Source: a bacterium (lineage in GTDB: Bacteria > SAR324 > XYD2-FULL-50-16). Taken from it: a stretch of DNA of 64,000 bases. Under the pieces are notes generated by a model that saw only the letters and a list, made by a program, of their open reading frames with translations, did no database searches and was not told the origin of the DNA. The translations under genes and the position numbers were made by a program. Shown here in pieces: positions 17,612 to 27,039 of this stretch. The stretch spans positions 89,458 through 153,457 of the forward strand of contig JAVVEA010000003.1 of the NCBI GenBank assembly GCA_032250835.1, written 5' to 3'. How positions within the stretch are numbered: the first letter of the stretch is position 1; every line of letters starts with the position of its first letter.

Positions 17612-18649
17612 CTACAAGATGAGGTTAAACAAATACCCGACCAGCAAGATACCACTGGCCACGACGATGACAAAGGTAAAGATCAGGCGAGGCTTCAACA
17701 CCTTGCGCAGGATCAACATTTCTGGGGCCGAAAGGGCGATGACGCTCATCATGAAGGCTAAGGTGGTCCCCAAGGAGGCCCCTTTGGCGATTAAGGCCTC
17801 GACAATGGGGATGATCCCCGCCGCGTTGGTGTACATAGGCACCCCCAACAAGACGGCCACCGGCACAGACCACCAAACATCCTTGCCCATGATCGAAGCC
17901 ATGAACTCTTCTGGAACATATCCGTGGATCGCCGCACCCAGGGCGATACCGATGATGATATAACCCCAGACCTTCCCGACGATTTCTTGGACGTGTTTTA
18001 AGCCCGCCTCGAACCGTAGGTTCCAGGTGCTATGGGCAGAGAATTGTTGCGGTGCCGCGTTGGTCTGGATATTGCGCACCCATTCCTCTAGGTGTTTTTC
18101 CATCTTAAGTTTGCCGATCACCACCCCGGCCAGGGTGGCAATGCTTAGGCCCATGACCAGATACAACCCGGCCACCTTCCAGCCGAACATGGCAAAGAGC
18201 AGCGCCAGGGCGATTTCGTTGACCATCGGCGCGGAGATCAGGAAAGAAAAGGTGACCCCTAAGGGGACGCCCGCCGACAGAAAACCAATGAATAAGGGAA
18301 TGGCCGAACAGGAGCAAAAGGGAGTTACAATGCCCAATAGGGCCGCCAGCAGATTCCCCAGCCCCATCGGCTTATTGGCCAGCACCGCTCGGGTCCGCTC
18401 GGGGGCAAAAAAAGTCTCGACCACCCCCATGACAAACACGACCGCTACCAACAATAAAAAAACCTTGGGGGTGTCGTATAAGAAGAAGTGGACTGCCCCG
18501 CCCAGGCGGCTTTCCCCGTCGAGCCCGGTAAGGCCGAGCAAGAAGTCGGCGAGGTTGGTTAGCTGCGAATAGAGCATTACCCAAGCGGGAATTGCCACCG
18601 CAAGGCCGACCAGCCAAGGGGTGACGGGTTTTGGTAGGCTAGTTTCCAT
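17612..18649 (-). CDS. ArsP/DUF318 family permease
   Basis: FFLYDTPK, TPFCSCS, FLISAPMVNE, GVPMY and ALSAPEM motifs; multiple TM segments. Confidence 0.9.
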   Translation of the reverse strand: METSLPKPVTPWLVGLAVAIPAWVMLYSQLTNLADFLLGLTGLDGESRLGGAVHFFLYDTPKVFLLLVAVVFVMGVVETFFAPERTRAVLANKPMGLGNLLAALLGIVTPFCSCSAIPLFIGFLSAGVPLGVTFSFLISAPMVNEIALALLFAMFGWKVAGLYLVMGLSIATLAGVVIGKLKMEKHLEEWVRNIQTNAAPQQFSAHSTWNLRFEAGLKHVQEIVGKVWGYIIIGIALGAAIHGYVPEEFMASIMGKDVWWSVPVAVLLGVPMYTNAAGIIPIVEALIAKGASLGTTLAFMMSVIALSAPEMLILRKVLKPRLIFTFVIVVASGILLVGYLFNLIL

Positions 18650-19055
18650 ATTCGGTTACCAGTTGTTTGCAGGTTGCCTGGATCTCTTCGCGGACCCGGC
18701 GGAATCCTTGCAGCACCTCCGCTTCGGGGCCGACAAAATCAGCGGGGTCATCAAAGCCGATGTGGATGCGCTTTTGGACCTTCCCCGCAAAGGAAGGACA
18801 GCTTTCCTTGGCCCCGCCGCAGACGGTCCAAACCAAATCCCAGGGTTCAGATAGATAAAGCTCAACCGATTCGGGGGAATGGGCAGAAAGGTCTACCCCG
18901 GCTTCGGACATCACCTGTACCGCCTTCGGGTGTACGGCACCCGAAGGCTTGGTTCCGGCGGACCGAACCGTCCAATGGGGGGCCAAGGCTTGTAAAAAGC
19001 CCTCAGCCATCTGGCTACGGCAGGAATTTCCCGTACAAAGGATCAATACCTTCAT
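18639..19055 (-). CDS. arsC: Arsenate reductase, LMW-PTP family (copy 1)
   Basis: [31 protein letters not shown] and FRRVREEI motifs. Confidence 0.93.
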   Translation of the reverse strand: MKVLILCTGNSCRSQMAEGFLQALAPHWTVRSAGTKPSGAVHPKAVQVMSEAGVDLSAHSPESVELYLSEPWDLVWTVCGGAKESCPSFAGKVQKRIHIGFDDPADFVGPEAEVLQGFRRVREEIQATCKQLVTEYGN

Positions 19056-19400
19056 CTAGTCTCCGCATTGATAGCGCCCTTGAGTACTGCGGGCCGCCTC
19101 TTGGTCTTGTTTGATTTGTTCTTGGTCGCCGCCCCAGCTCTGTAACAACGACCGGAGGCTCAAAATCATGGGGTCTTCGGGCTGCTCCACCAAACGGTAA
19201 ATCACCCACTTCCCTTGGCGTTCGTCTTCCACAAAACCAGCGGTGCGCAGCAACCCCAGATGTTTGGACACCGTCGAGGGGGCCAGTTTGAGGATTTCTT
19301 GGATCTCGCAATTGCACAGCGGGCGGACCTCTAACATCTTTAAGATACGTAACCGGGTGGCATCGCCCAAGGATTTAAATGCTCTTTCCAGTGGTTTCAT
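19056..19400 (-). CDS. arsR: ArsR/SmtB family repressor
   Basis: FKSLGDATRLRIL, LCNCEI (As-binding CxC), STVSKHL and GKWVIYRL motifs. Start at ATG 19400. Confidence 0.92.
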   Translation of the reverse strand: MKPLERAFKSLGDATRLRILKMLEVRPLCNCEIQEILKLAPSTVSKHLGLLRTAGFVEDERQGKWVIYRLVEQPEDPMILSLRSLLQSWGGDQEQIKQDQEAARSTQGRYQCGD

Positions 19401-19413
19401 AACAATTCCTCTT

Positions 19414-19450
19414 TTAGCGAAATGATGAACCATAGACTCGCCAAAGTCAA
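19414..19450 (-). promoter_or_regulatory. ars promoter with candidate ArsR operator
   Basis: TTGACT-N17-CATCAT, overlapped by the imperfect inverted repeat TTGGCGA-N17-TCGCTAA. Confidence 0.5.
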
Positions 19451-19550
19451 GGGCGGCCCTGGTAGGTTGATTGTAGATTGTTGTTATAGTTGGATTGTTT
19501 TGGATTCTGGGAAATCCGTTAGCGCCGGTTTGGAACGGCTTGGCAGCGGT

Positions 19551-20066
19551 CTAGGGGTCTTCGGGCGGTTCCGAGGGGTCTTGGATGCGGCTGTAGAGGT
19601 GTTCGTAGACGCCCTTTTGCAGCCCTTTAAAGCTGCTTTCGAGCCAGCTGATCCCCATTAAAGTCAAGACGCTCAGGATGGATACCTTTAAGCCTAACCA
19701 TTGATGGCCCATCCCGACAATGGCTCCGATGGCCGCCAAAATCCAAATCGCCGCCGCCGAGGTCACCCCGACCACCGCGCCATCACGCGAAAACATCACC
19801 CCGGCCCCCAAAAAGCCAATGCCGGTGATCACTTGCCCCATCACGCGGGTGGGGTCCTGTCCCCAGCCGGGCCCTAGGGGGAGGGAGCGGCCTAGGGCGA
19901 TAAATACATAAGTACCCAAGCAGATCAGAATGCTGGTACGCATCCCCACCGGTTTGCCCTTAATCTGCCGTTCTAACCCAATCAAACTGGCGGCTATGAA
20001 GAGGCAGAGCAGGTCCAACCAGTTGAGCGGAGAAATATCCAGTAGGTGGTGTAAGTAAGCGGTCAT
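19551..20066 (-). CDS. MgtC/SapB family membrane protein
   Basis: IGLERQ.KGKPVGMRT, DPTRVMGQVITGIGFLGAG and GVTSAAAIW motifs. Confidence 0.92.
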   Translation of the reverse strand: MTAYLHHLLDISPLNWLDLLCLFIAASLIGLERQIKGKPVGMRTSILICLGTYVFIALGRSLPLGPGWGQDPTRVMGQVITGIGFLGAGVMFSRDGAVVGVTSAAAIWILAAIGAIVGMGHQWLGLKVSILSVLTLMGISWLESSFKGLQKGVYEHLYSRIQDPSEPPEDP

Positions 20067-20363
20067 GCTCAGCGATCCTTGGAGGGGTGTTAAGTGGTCT
20101 TACAATTTTTTAGGATAAGCTAGTCTGGGCGGGATGGCTAGCGATTCTAGCGGGCTTTTGGGCCTCTGGGGAGCCCTTTTGCTTGCGAACCCAAATAAAA
20201 TGTTTAGTCCCTAGACCGGGGGCCCTTGGCCATCGGCCCCATTTGACTTGCATTTGACTTGTATTCCAATCCCTTATTGGCCCTATAATGACCCTTAGCC
20301 ACCGCAGCCACTTTGGCTTGCTAGGGCCAACGCACAATCTCTTACCCCGCACTAAGGATTGTA

Positions 20364-20744
20364 ATGAAGTGGAATCAAGCCTTTGAGCTCAACCGGCCGG
20401 AAATCGACCGCCAACACAAGACCATGGTCAACCTAGTCAATAGTCTAGAGACGACCTTGCGCTTCAGCGACGCCCGCCCAATCATGGGGGAACTGTTGGA
20501 GACGCTGTTGCAATACGCCGAAGAGCATTTCCAGTATGAGGAAAAGGGGCTGGTCAACTGCCGGATTCAGGGGGTGCAAGACCACCTAGCCGAGCACCGC
20601 CGCTTCGGGAGCCAAATGCAGGCCTTCATCCACCGCTTCGAAGACGACGATCCCCAAGCCGGAGTCGAGCTACGCCGGTTTTTAGACCACTGGCTCCGCC
20701 ACCATATCTTAGATTCGGACCGCAAGCATATCCAGGCCTTTTGA
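20364..20744 (+). CDS. Bacteriohemerythrin (single domain)
   Basis: Iron-ligand motifs IDRQH, HFQYEE, HLAEH and WLRHHILDSD are intact. Confidence 0.92.
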   Translation: MKWNQAFELNRPEIDRQHKTMVNLVNSLETTLRFSDARPIMGELLETLLQYAEEHFQYEEKGLVNCRIQGVQDHLAEHRRFGSQMQAFIHRFEDDDPQAGVELRRFLDHWLRHHILDSDRKHIQAF

Positions 20745-20940
20745 TCCAAGCTGAGCTACAAAGGTCCGGGAAAAGGGTTGGCTGATCAAGGGCGTTGCGA
20801 AGCTATGATCAGGATCTGCGAAAAGGGGTGTACTCGGGAGCTACCATTAGGTTATATTGATCGACAAATATAAACGGTCTCCGCAACTTAACGCGCTCCT
20901 TATTTGTCTCTCTGTGGCAACCCCTTGGCACAAAACCCTG

Positions 20941-22932
20941 ATGTTTGGCTGGCTACTGATCTGTGCGGCTGCCCTGGGTCTGTCCTGTCCAGCGCTGGCC
21001 GGAGGTGAGCCCTCATCTTTATTGGTGCGAAGCGGGCAGAAAGTGGCGCTGAACCCGCAGTTGTCTTACCGTTTAGACCCAGACGGCTCGCTGAGCTATG
21101 AAGCGGTCCGTGACCTCCCCTTTGCGCCCCTACCTGCCTCTGAGGGCGGCACCTATTCCTTCGGTTTTAACTCAAGTGCCGCTTGGTTTAAGCTGAACCT
21201 GCACACCGGGCCTAGGGTTGGCCCCATGCTGCTGGAGCAGGCGGTCTGGTATACCCAAAAGATGCAGGTTTGGCTGCGCCAAGGCAATAAAATCCAGTTT
21301 TTTGAGACCGGCAGCTCAATGCCCCAAAGCCTGCGTCCCATTGCCCACCAAACGCCCCTAGTACCCTTGGCCTTCGCGTCCAATCAAGACTATGAGCTGA
21401 TCCTCCGCATCGAGTCCGAACAAATGCTGGAGGCACAATTTTGGCTCTGGCCGGAGCGCGAATTTTGGGATGCCAGCAGCCGCGCTAGCTGGGTTCAAGG
21501 GATTCTTATGGGCGGCTTTTTGTTTATCTTTTTTTATAATCTCGTGCTGGCATTTGGTCTTTTAGATCGGACCTATGTTTGGTACGGGGCCTATCTCTTG
21601 GCGATGTTGGGGGTGTTTGGTTACATTTCCGGCTACGCAGCTTTTTATCTTTTCCCACAAAATCCTGAACTGATCCAGTGGCTCTATCCCTTTTGGCGGT
21701 TGGGTGTGGTCTGGGTGATCTTATCTTTTGTCCAAAGTTTTTCCTTATCTAAGCTACGCAGTCCTCGTTGGCATCGGGTTTCGAACTGGGCGCTTTGGGT
21801 TTTTATCCTTTGGGGCTTGAGCGCACCTTGGGTGACTTTTGCCCAGTTTCAGATCGGCATCAGCTTGCTGGCCCTTCCGCTAATTGTTTGCGCCCTGGGG
21901 ATCAGCCTGAATGTATACCGCCAGGGGTATTCGGAAGCTAAATACGTTGCCCTGGCAGCCACTTTATATGCCTTGATGTACGCGCTGGTACTGCCACGCC
22001 AGTTGGGTTGGACTCCGCAGGTCCGGTTTGGGCTGGTTTCCGGTGAGCTCTTGGCCCTGTTGGATGTGGGGCTTTTCGGTCTGGGTCTGTCTGGCAAATT
22101 CCGGCGGGTCCGTCAGGAACGCCGCATGGCCCGCCAAGCGCTGTTGAGCCAAGCCACGGAACATGCCGAACAATTAGAAAACAAGGTGGCCCAACGTACC
22201 GAGGCGCTGCAACAGAGCCAAACCGAATTGTTGCAAGCCAACCAAGCGAAGGAGCGGATCTTTAGCATCTTAGCCCATGACCTGCGCGGGCCTATCGGTA
22301 CCTTGTACTCCATCTTAAGGGCCGTGGAGCAGCAAGAAATCCCCTGGGAGCCTGAAACGCGCTCCCTAGCTGCCGACACGGCCCAAAGGGTTTATGGACT
22401 ATTAGAAAACCTGCTCTCTTGGGCTCAGTCCCAGCGGGGGCAGTTGACGGCCCATCCCGAAAGCTTGGATGCTGCCGAATTGCTCTTGGGGGCCCGCAAT
22501 TTTGCCTTGCAAGCCGCCCAAAACAAAGGGTTGAGCCTGCTGGTGGAGCCAGGAGAGCCGCTCACCGTTGAGGGCGACCGGGCGATGATGGACACGGTGC
22601 TGCGTAACTTGATTGCCAACGCCATCAAATTCACCCCGAGGGGTGGACAAATCACTCTTTCGGCTTTTCTGGACGGAGATTCGCCCTGCTTGGAGGTTAA
22701 GGATACCGGCCTGGGCATGAACCCGGCTCAAATAGACCAGCTCTACCAACGGGGTGAACTGATGGTTAGCACCTTAGGCACCGAACAGGAACCGGGCACC
22801 GGCTTCGGCCTGATGCTGGTCTGGGAACTGCTCGAAAAAAACCAAGCCCACCTAAAAATCACCAGCCAGCCGGGTCAAGGCTGCCAGATGAAGATTTGTT
22901 TTGGGCGCGAGGAGAATAGCCGGAAGGTTTAG
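20941..22932 (+). CDS. 7TM-DISM sensor histidine kinase
   Basis: Signal peptide; DISMED2-like periplasmic part (SFGFNSSAAWFKL); ~7 TM helices (FFYNL...YVWYGAY); ILAHDLRGP H-box; NLIANAIKFT, DTGLGM and GTGFGL. Start uncertain (20857 or 20941). Confidence 0.88.
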   Translation: MFGWLLICAAALGLSCPALAGGEPSSLLVRSGQKVALNPQLSYRLDPDGSLSYEAVRDLPFAPLPASEGGTYSFGFNSSAAWFKLNLHTGPRVGPMLLEQAVWYTQKMQVWLRQGNKIQFFETGSSMPQSLRPIAHQTPLVPLAFASNQDYELILRIESEQMLEAQFWLWPEREFWDASSRASWVQGILMGGFLFIFFYNLVLAFGLLDRTYVWYGAYLLAMLGVFGYISGYAAFYLFPQNPELIQWLYPFWRLGVVWVILSFVQSFSLSKLRSPRWHRVSNWALWVFILWGLSAPWVTFAQFQIGISLLALPLIVCALGISLNVYRQGYSEAKYVALAATLYALMYALVLPRQLGWTPQVRFGLVSGELLALLDVGLFGLGLSGKFRRVRQERRMARQALLSQATEHAEQLENKVAQRTEALQQSQTELLQANQAKERIFSILAHDLRGPIGTLYSILRAVEQQEIPWEPETRSLAADTAQRVYGLLENLLSWAQSQRGQLTAHPESLDAAELLLGARNFALQAAQNKGLSLLVEPGEPLTVEGDRAMMDTVLRNLIANAIKFTPRGGQITLSAFLDGDSPCLEVKDTGLGMNPAQIDQLYQRGELMVSTLGTEQEPGTGFGLMLVWELLEKNQAHLKITSQPGQGCQMKICFGREENSRKV

Positions 22933-23080
22933 ATAATCCTCAATCAGCCCCTCTCGTCTTCAAGAGCCCCATCCAGGGGCACAAAGTTTTCCAAATTTAC
23001 CATATTTTCTCTGGCTCTTAAGGGCTGCGCTGGGTTTACTCTGAGGGGTGAGGCTGGTTGTTTGAACCCAAGGAGGATAT

Positions 23081-23533
23081 ATGGGGCAAGGTTCGGTAGG
23101 CGAAGGGGTGGTCTGGACCCCGGACATGGAGCTAGGCAACGCGACGATCGACAGCCAGCACCGGGGGCTGGTGGAGTTGGTGGGGCTGCTGCAAGCGGCG
23201 CTGGGCCGTGAGGACCGCCGGGCTCAGGTAGAGCTGCTTTTTGGTCAATTGGAGCAATATGTTTTGATCCATTTTTCCTTTGAAGAAGAATGGATGATGG
23301 GCAAAAAGGTCCAGCATCTAGAGGCCCATCTAAAAGAGCACCGACAGTTTGAACGGACGGTGGCGCTGTTCAAGCAGCGCTTTGAGACCGGTGACCGGGT
23401 CGGTGAAGAAATGTCGAAATATTTGGTCCATTGGCTGCGCCACCACATCCTGACGGTGGACCGCGAATATGCCGAGCAATTACAGCTCCAGTCAGAATCC
23501 GGCACCGAACCGAAAACCTCACTAGACGTCTAG
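23081..23533 (+). CDS. Bacteriohemerythrin (single domain)
   Basis: AGGAGG RBS; IDSQH, HFSFEE, HLKEH and WLRHHILTVD motifs. Confidence 0.92.
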   Translation: MGQGSVGEGVVWTPDMELGNATIDSQHRGLVELVGLLQAALGREDRRAQVELLFGQLEQYVLIHFSFEEEWMMGKKVQHLEAHLKEHRQFERTVALFKQRFETGDRVGEEMSKYLVHWLRHHILTVDREYAEQLQLQSESGTEPKTSLDV

Positions 23534-23921
23534 TCCGCTTAGGCGAATTGGCTCCGGCTTGTTGGATTCCCAGGCAGGACACAGAGTCGGGGCCCTGGTG
23601 CTGGGCCGAAAAGGACCGGGCCTTCAGCCGATGATGTTGAAGGAGGCAGCGTTGGTGGGGTGCCCTGAATCTAGGCCCCAAGGCCGGTCTGGGCATCCTG
23701 GTTGGTTTGGGCAATCTTAAAGGTAAAGCACCGGGCCCTAAGTCTGGTTGATGGAGCCCGGCAAAGTAGCCGTCGGCCGCTTGTTTTTCTGGCCGGATCA
23801 CCCCACTGGGTTGCCATCACGTCCAAGGGCCCGATTGAGCGGTCTATTGCCCTTTGCTGGTTGGGTTGCTATAAATGGCGGCAATATCTGTGGGCGCTCA
23901 ACTTTTTTGATAGGTATTTCC

Positions 23922-25334
23922 GTGAGAAAATTACTGTTGGTGGTCTGGTTGCTCGGTGCGGTGGTGCCCAATCTTTGGGCTCAAGGCCCCAATGAGGCCT
24001 ACCAAAAACTGGCCGAAACTTTGGCCCAGCAAGAGGCTTTAAAGACGCGCCAATCCCTGATGGTTGAGGCGCGCTCACAACTGACCAAACAGGTGGACTC
24101 CAGGGCCCAGGAACTGGTTGGCGCGCTAATCCCTTATCTTAAAAAAGCAGGCTTCACCATCCTTTCGACTGAAACTGGGGCCAGCGGCAATGGGGCGAAG
24201 GTCGCCAATCTTCAGGTCACCTACGAAGACAAGAGCGGGCAAACGGTCCTGCGCGCCCAGGCGTTGGACTTCTTCAGCGGTGAAGTATTGGCCCAGGTTT
24301 TTTCGGTCTATCAGTCTGGTCCTACTCAGCCCGCGCCAGCCCCTAAGACAGGCCGGATCGCCCTATTAAACCCCTTTAGCGACCAGCTAACGGCCGGGCA
24401 GCGAAAAAACTGGGGTGACCATTTCCGCTGGGCCTTGAGGCAAGAAGGGGTGACCAATCTCTTGAGCGACACCGAGATCGACGCCGCAGACCCCAAGGAT
24501 GCGGCTTGCGCCGCCGATGACTGCATAACGCGCGTTGGTAAGGCATTGGGGGTGACCCAGGTGATCACCGTTAGGGTGATTCAATCTGGCGAGCAATCCT
24601 ACCGCATCAGTGCCAAACTCACCGACACCGCCCAAAACCGGTTGGTCACAGCCGCTTCGGTGAACCATAAAGGCGGCTTGACGAGCCTCGGCAAGTCTCT
24701 CGACGAGCTAGCCGCCCAGCTGGGGTACGGCTTGGCGAAGCAGTCAGAGGTGCAGCCCGTATATAGGAGCCGCTCAGATGATCAGGCCCAGGCACAGGAT
24801 AACAGCCAAATGAAGGTCCGCGCCTTCGGGCTTTTGTGGGCACCATCGATGAATATATATGTGGGAGACGATAAGCGACACTTTTATTATTCAGGCTCCG
24901 GCGGCGGCGTTAACTTGCTCTGGACGTCGATTTCAGCCACCTTTGCAGTCCAACAGGGCTATTATGATGCTAACTATTCCGATCCCTTTCCCGAGACGGT
25001 CCATAGCGGGGAATGCCTTGCTGTGGAGGGCAGCATCGACAAAAACTGGCATTCAGGAGAGCATTTAAACGGATGGAACGGGATGCTTGGGGTCGGTTGG
25101 GATTGGGCGCAGTGCAAAAACGTGATCGGAACGGATCGCCGGGATTTTATTGCGACTCGCTCAGGGGTACTGCTCCTGGCCGAAACAAAATACCTTTGGG
25201 ATAGCGGAATCATGTTCGGCGTTCGCCTGCCAATCCATTTTTATTATCATTACACCTTAGAAGGAATCAACAACCAGGATTATAAGTTCAGAAGCATTTC
25301 GACGGGCGGTTTGTTTTTGGGCTACTCCTTCTAA
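23922..25334 (+). CDS. Secreted/outer-membrane protein: signal peptide, coiled coil, CsgG/TolB-N-like alpha/beta domain, C-terminal beta-barrel-like region
   Basis: GTG 23922 gives MRKLLLVVWLLGAVVPNLWAQ. CAADDCITRVGKALGVTQVIT pattern. Amphipathic strands ending in LGYSF (C-terminal Phe). Confidence 0.6.
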   Translation: MRKLLLVVWLLGAVVPNLWAQGPNEAYQKLAETLAQQEALKTRQSLMVEARSQLTKQVDSRAQELVGALIPYLKKAGFTILSTETGASGNGAKVANLQVTYEDKSGQTVLRAQALDFFSGEVLAQVFSVYQSGPTQPAPAPKTGRIALLNPFSDQLTAGQRKNWGDHFRWALRQEGVTNLLSDTEIDAADPKDAACAADDCITRVGKALGVTQVITVRVIQSGEQSYRISAKLTDTAQNRLVTAASVNHKGGLTSLGKSLDELAAQLGYGLAKQSEVQPVYRSRSDDQAQAQDNSQMKVRAFGLLWAPSMNIYVGDDKRHFYYSGSGGGVNLLWTSISATFAVQQGYYDANYSDPFPETVHSGECLAVEGSIDKNWHSGEHLNGWNGMLGVGWDWAQCKNVIGTDRRDFIATRSGVLLLAETKYLWDSGIMFGVRLPIHFYYHYTLEGINNQDYKFRSISTGGLFLGYSF

Positions 25335-25335
25335 T

Positions 25336-25520
25336 CAGTGGGGCTTTGCGCGGACTTCAGACGGGGCTCGGCATAGCCCAAACGCCGCCGTGGCCAGCGT
25401 CTTGATGCTGCTAGAAACCAAATACCTCTGGGATAGCGGCATCATGGCTGGTTTGCGTTTGCCTCGTACAAGCTCTCTTCGATCACAACCGGCGGATTGT
25501 TTTTAGGTTATTCTTTCTGA
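25336..25520 (+). pseudogene. Decayed paralogous copy of the 3' end of the preceding gene
   Basis: Encodes ...VLMLLETKYLWDSGIMAGLRLP//YKLSSITTGGLFLGYSF*, versus the gene's VLLLAETKYLWDSGIMFGVRLP...YKFRSISTGGLFLGYSF*. No start codon, and an internal frameshifting deletion. Confidence 0.85.
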
Positions 25521-25667
25521 TTGCCCGCAGCTATCCTGCTGCGTTAGCCGCCGAGGCTTCCCTGGGCGTTTCGAAAAATTTACGCCCCAAAAGTCCCTTT
25601 TAATTCCAACCGAACCATGGGATAATCGTTGAACCAAATTAATCTGGGAACCAATAAGGATTGCTCT

Positions 25668-27023
25668 ATGAAATCAAAAGCCATTTTGTTGATGGGATTG
25701 TTGGCCTTTGGCCTAATCGGCTGCGGCGGTCCCGAAGCGCCCAAACTCTCGGGCTTCATGACCCTTAGCGACCTGACCGGGCGTACGAGTCTCAAAGAAG
25801 ACAGCCCTGACGTGCGGGTGATCACCGTTAAGTCCAAGGCCTTTATCAAGCAAAACGACCTACGGCTTGCGCGTACCCAGGCGATGGAAGAAGCCGGCAA
25901 ACAGGCGGTAGACGCCATGGTCCGCGAACTACTGACCGCCGAACTGTACAACGATCATTACAGCCAGATCGAAAATTACATGTCCAAGAATATCGACAAG
26001 TACATCCTAGACCGTGAAGTGATCGATGAGCGCAAGATCTATATGGAAAAGTTCTATGGTGTTTATGGCAGCTTCAAGGTCAGCCGTCAGGCCGTCTTGG
26101 TGGCGTTGCAAAAGGACCTACGGGTTATCGACACCAGCCTTTCCACCCTGGTTACGGTGGTGACCAGCAACAAAGACTTGGACTTGGGCAGCTTCAATTT
26201 CCGCTTCAATGACGTCGAAAATGCCATGCTCAACCAACTCCAAACCTCGCTGAACCAGCGCGGCTTGCGGGCCATGGACTACCGCAATGCGGTGACCGCT
26301 TTCTCGGCCGATGCCAAACGCAACGCTGAGTTTAAGCAGATGAGCAAAGAGCAGTTTATGGCCATGGTCCAAGGCAGCCGTCCTGAAGACGCCGCCCTCA
26401 ATGCCCAGGTGGCCAATGCCGAAGAATATTACGCAACGGGCTTAAGCCTGCTCAAGCAATTGGCACGCGTGGTGGTGGAAGTGAACGTGATGAGCATCAC
26501 CAAGACTGGTGACAACATGGCCATGAACGTCTTGGTCACCGCCAAGAACATCTCTAGCCCCACCGGCGGTGCCTTTGCCAACAGCCAACTGCAAGTAGCC
26601 CGGCGCGGTAGCGACAAGACCGACAACGCCGCCATGTTGGGTGCTTTGATCAAAGATGCCTATGAGCAGATGGCCGAAGAGTTCATCCCCCAGGTGATCA
26701 AAGAAATGTCCACTATCGATGCCACCGGCGGCAAGCTGCTGGCCTATGACTTGGTCTTACAGGGCTTCGACTCGCGTGATGCGCGCATCCTGCGCGGGGC
26801 GATCAAGCGCCTCGATGGGCCGACCTTTAAGTACATCGACTACAACAACCAGTTGAGCCAAGTGGACCCCCCGATGACCATCCTTTACGTGCGCCATCAG
26901 GGCAAACCCAGCGCCTTGGCCGATTCGGTTATGGAAATCTTGGACGGCGAGAAGATGCGGTTCCAAGAGCCGATCGTGACCCCCAATGTGCGCGATTTGG
27001 TCTTTATCAAACAGGCCGAATAA
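25668..27023 (+). CDS. Lipoprotein of unknown function (FlgT-N/LPP20-like N-terminal pattern)
   Basis: Lipobox LIGC after MKSKAILLMGLLAFG; ARTQAMEEAGKQAV helix; AAGGA RBS. Confidence 0.65.
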   Translation: MKSKAILLMGLLAFGLIGCGGPEAPKLSGFMTLSDLTGRTSLKEDSPDVRVITVKSKAFIKQNDLRLARTQAMEEAGKQAVDAMVRELLTAELYNDHYSQIENYMSKNIDKYILDREVIDERKIYMEKFYGVYGSFKVSRQAVLVALQKDLRVIDTSLSTLVTVVTSNKDLDLGSFNFRFNDVENAMLNQLQTSLNQRGLRAMDYRNAVTAFSADAKRNAEFKQMSKEQFMAMVQGSRPEDAALNAQVANAEEYYATGLSLLKQLARVVVEVNVMSITKTGDNMAMNVLVTAKNISSPTGGAFANSQLQVARRGSDKTDNAAMLGALIKDAYEQMAEEFIPQVIKEMSTIDATGGKLLAYDLVLQGFDSRDARILRGAIKRLDGPTFKYIDYNNQLSQVDPPMTILYVRHQGKPSALADSVMEILDGEKMRFQEPIVTPNVRDLVFIKQAE

Positions 27024-27039
27024 CCTAGAGGTTTTTTGT

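Noticed and set aside
19460-19510. GATTGT/GGATT-rich tract as a repeat array
   Set aside because: Irregular low-complexity G/T-rich sequence with no constant unit or spacer.
23534-23921. ORFs 23370..23801(-), 23702..23995(+) and the 5' extension 23748-23921
   Set aside because: No RBS or motif support and the frames conflict. It may be a heavily decayed gene, but nothing is identifiable.
25182-25520. Diversity-generating retroelement (VR/TR pair) at the 3' end of the surface protein gene
   Set aside because: Differences are not confined to adenines (many C/T and G/T third-position changes), the copy has a frameshifting deletion, and no reverse transcriptase is in the window.
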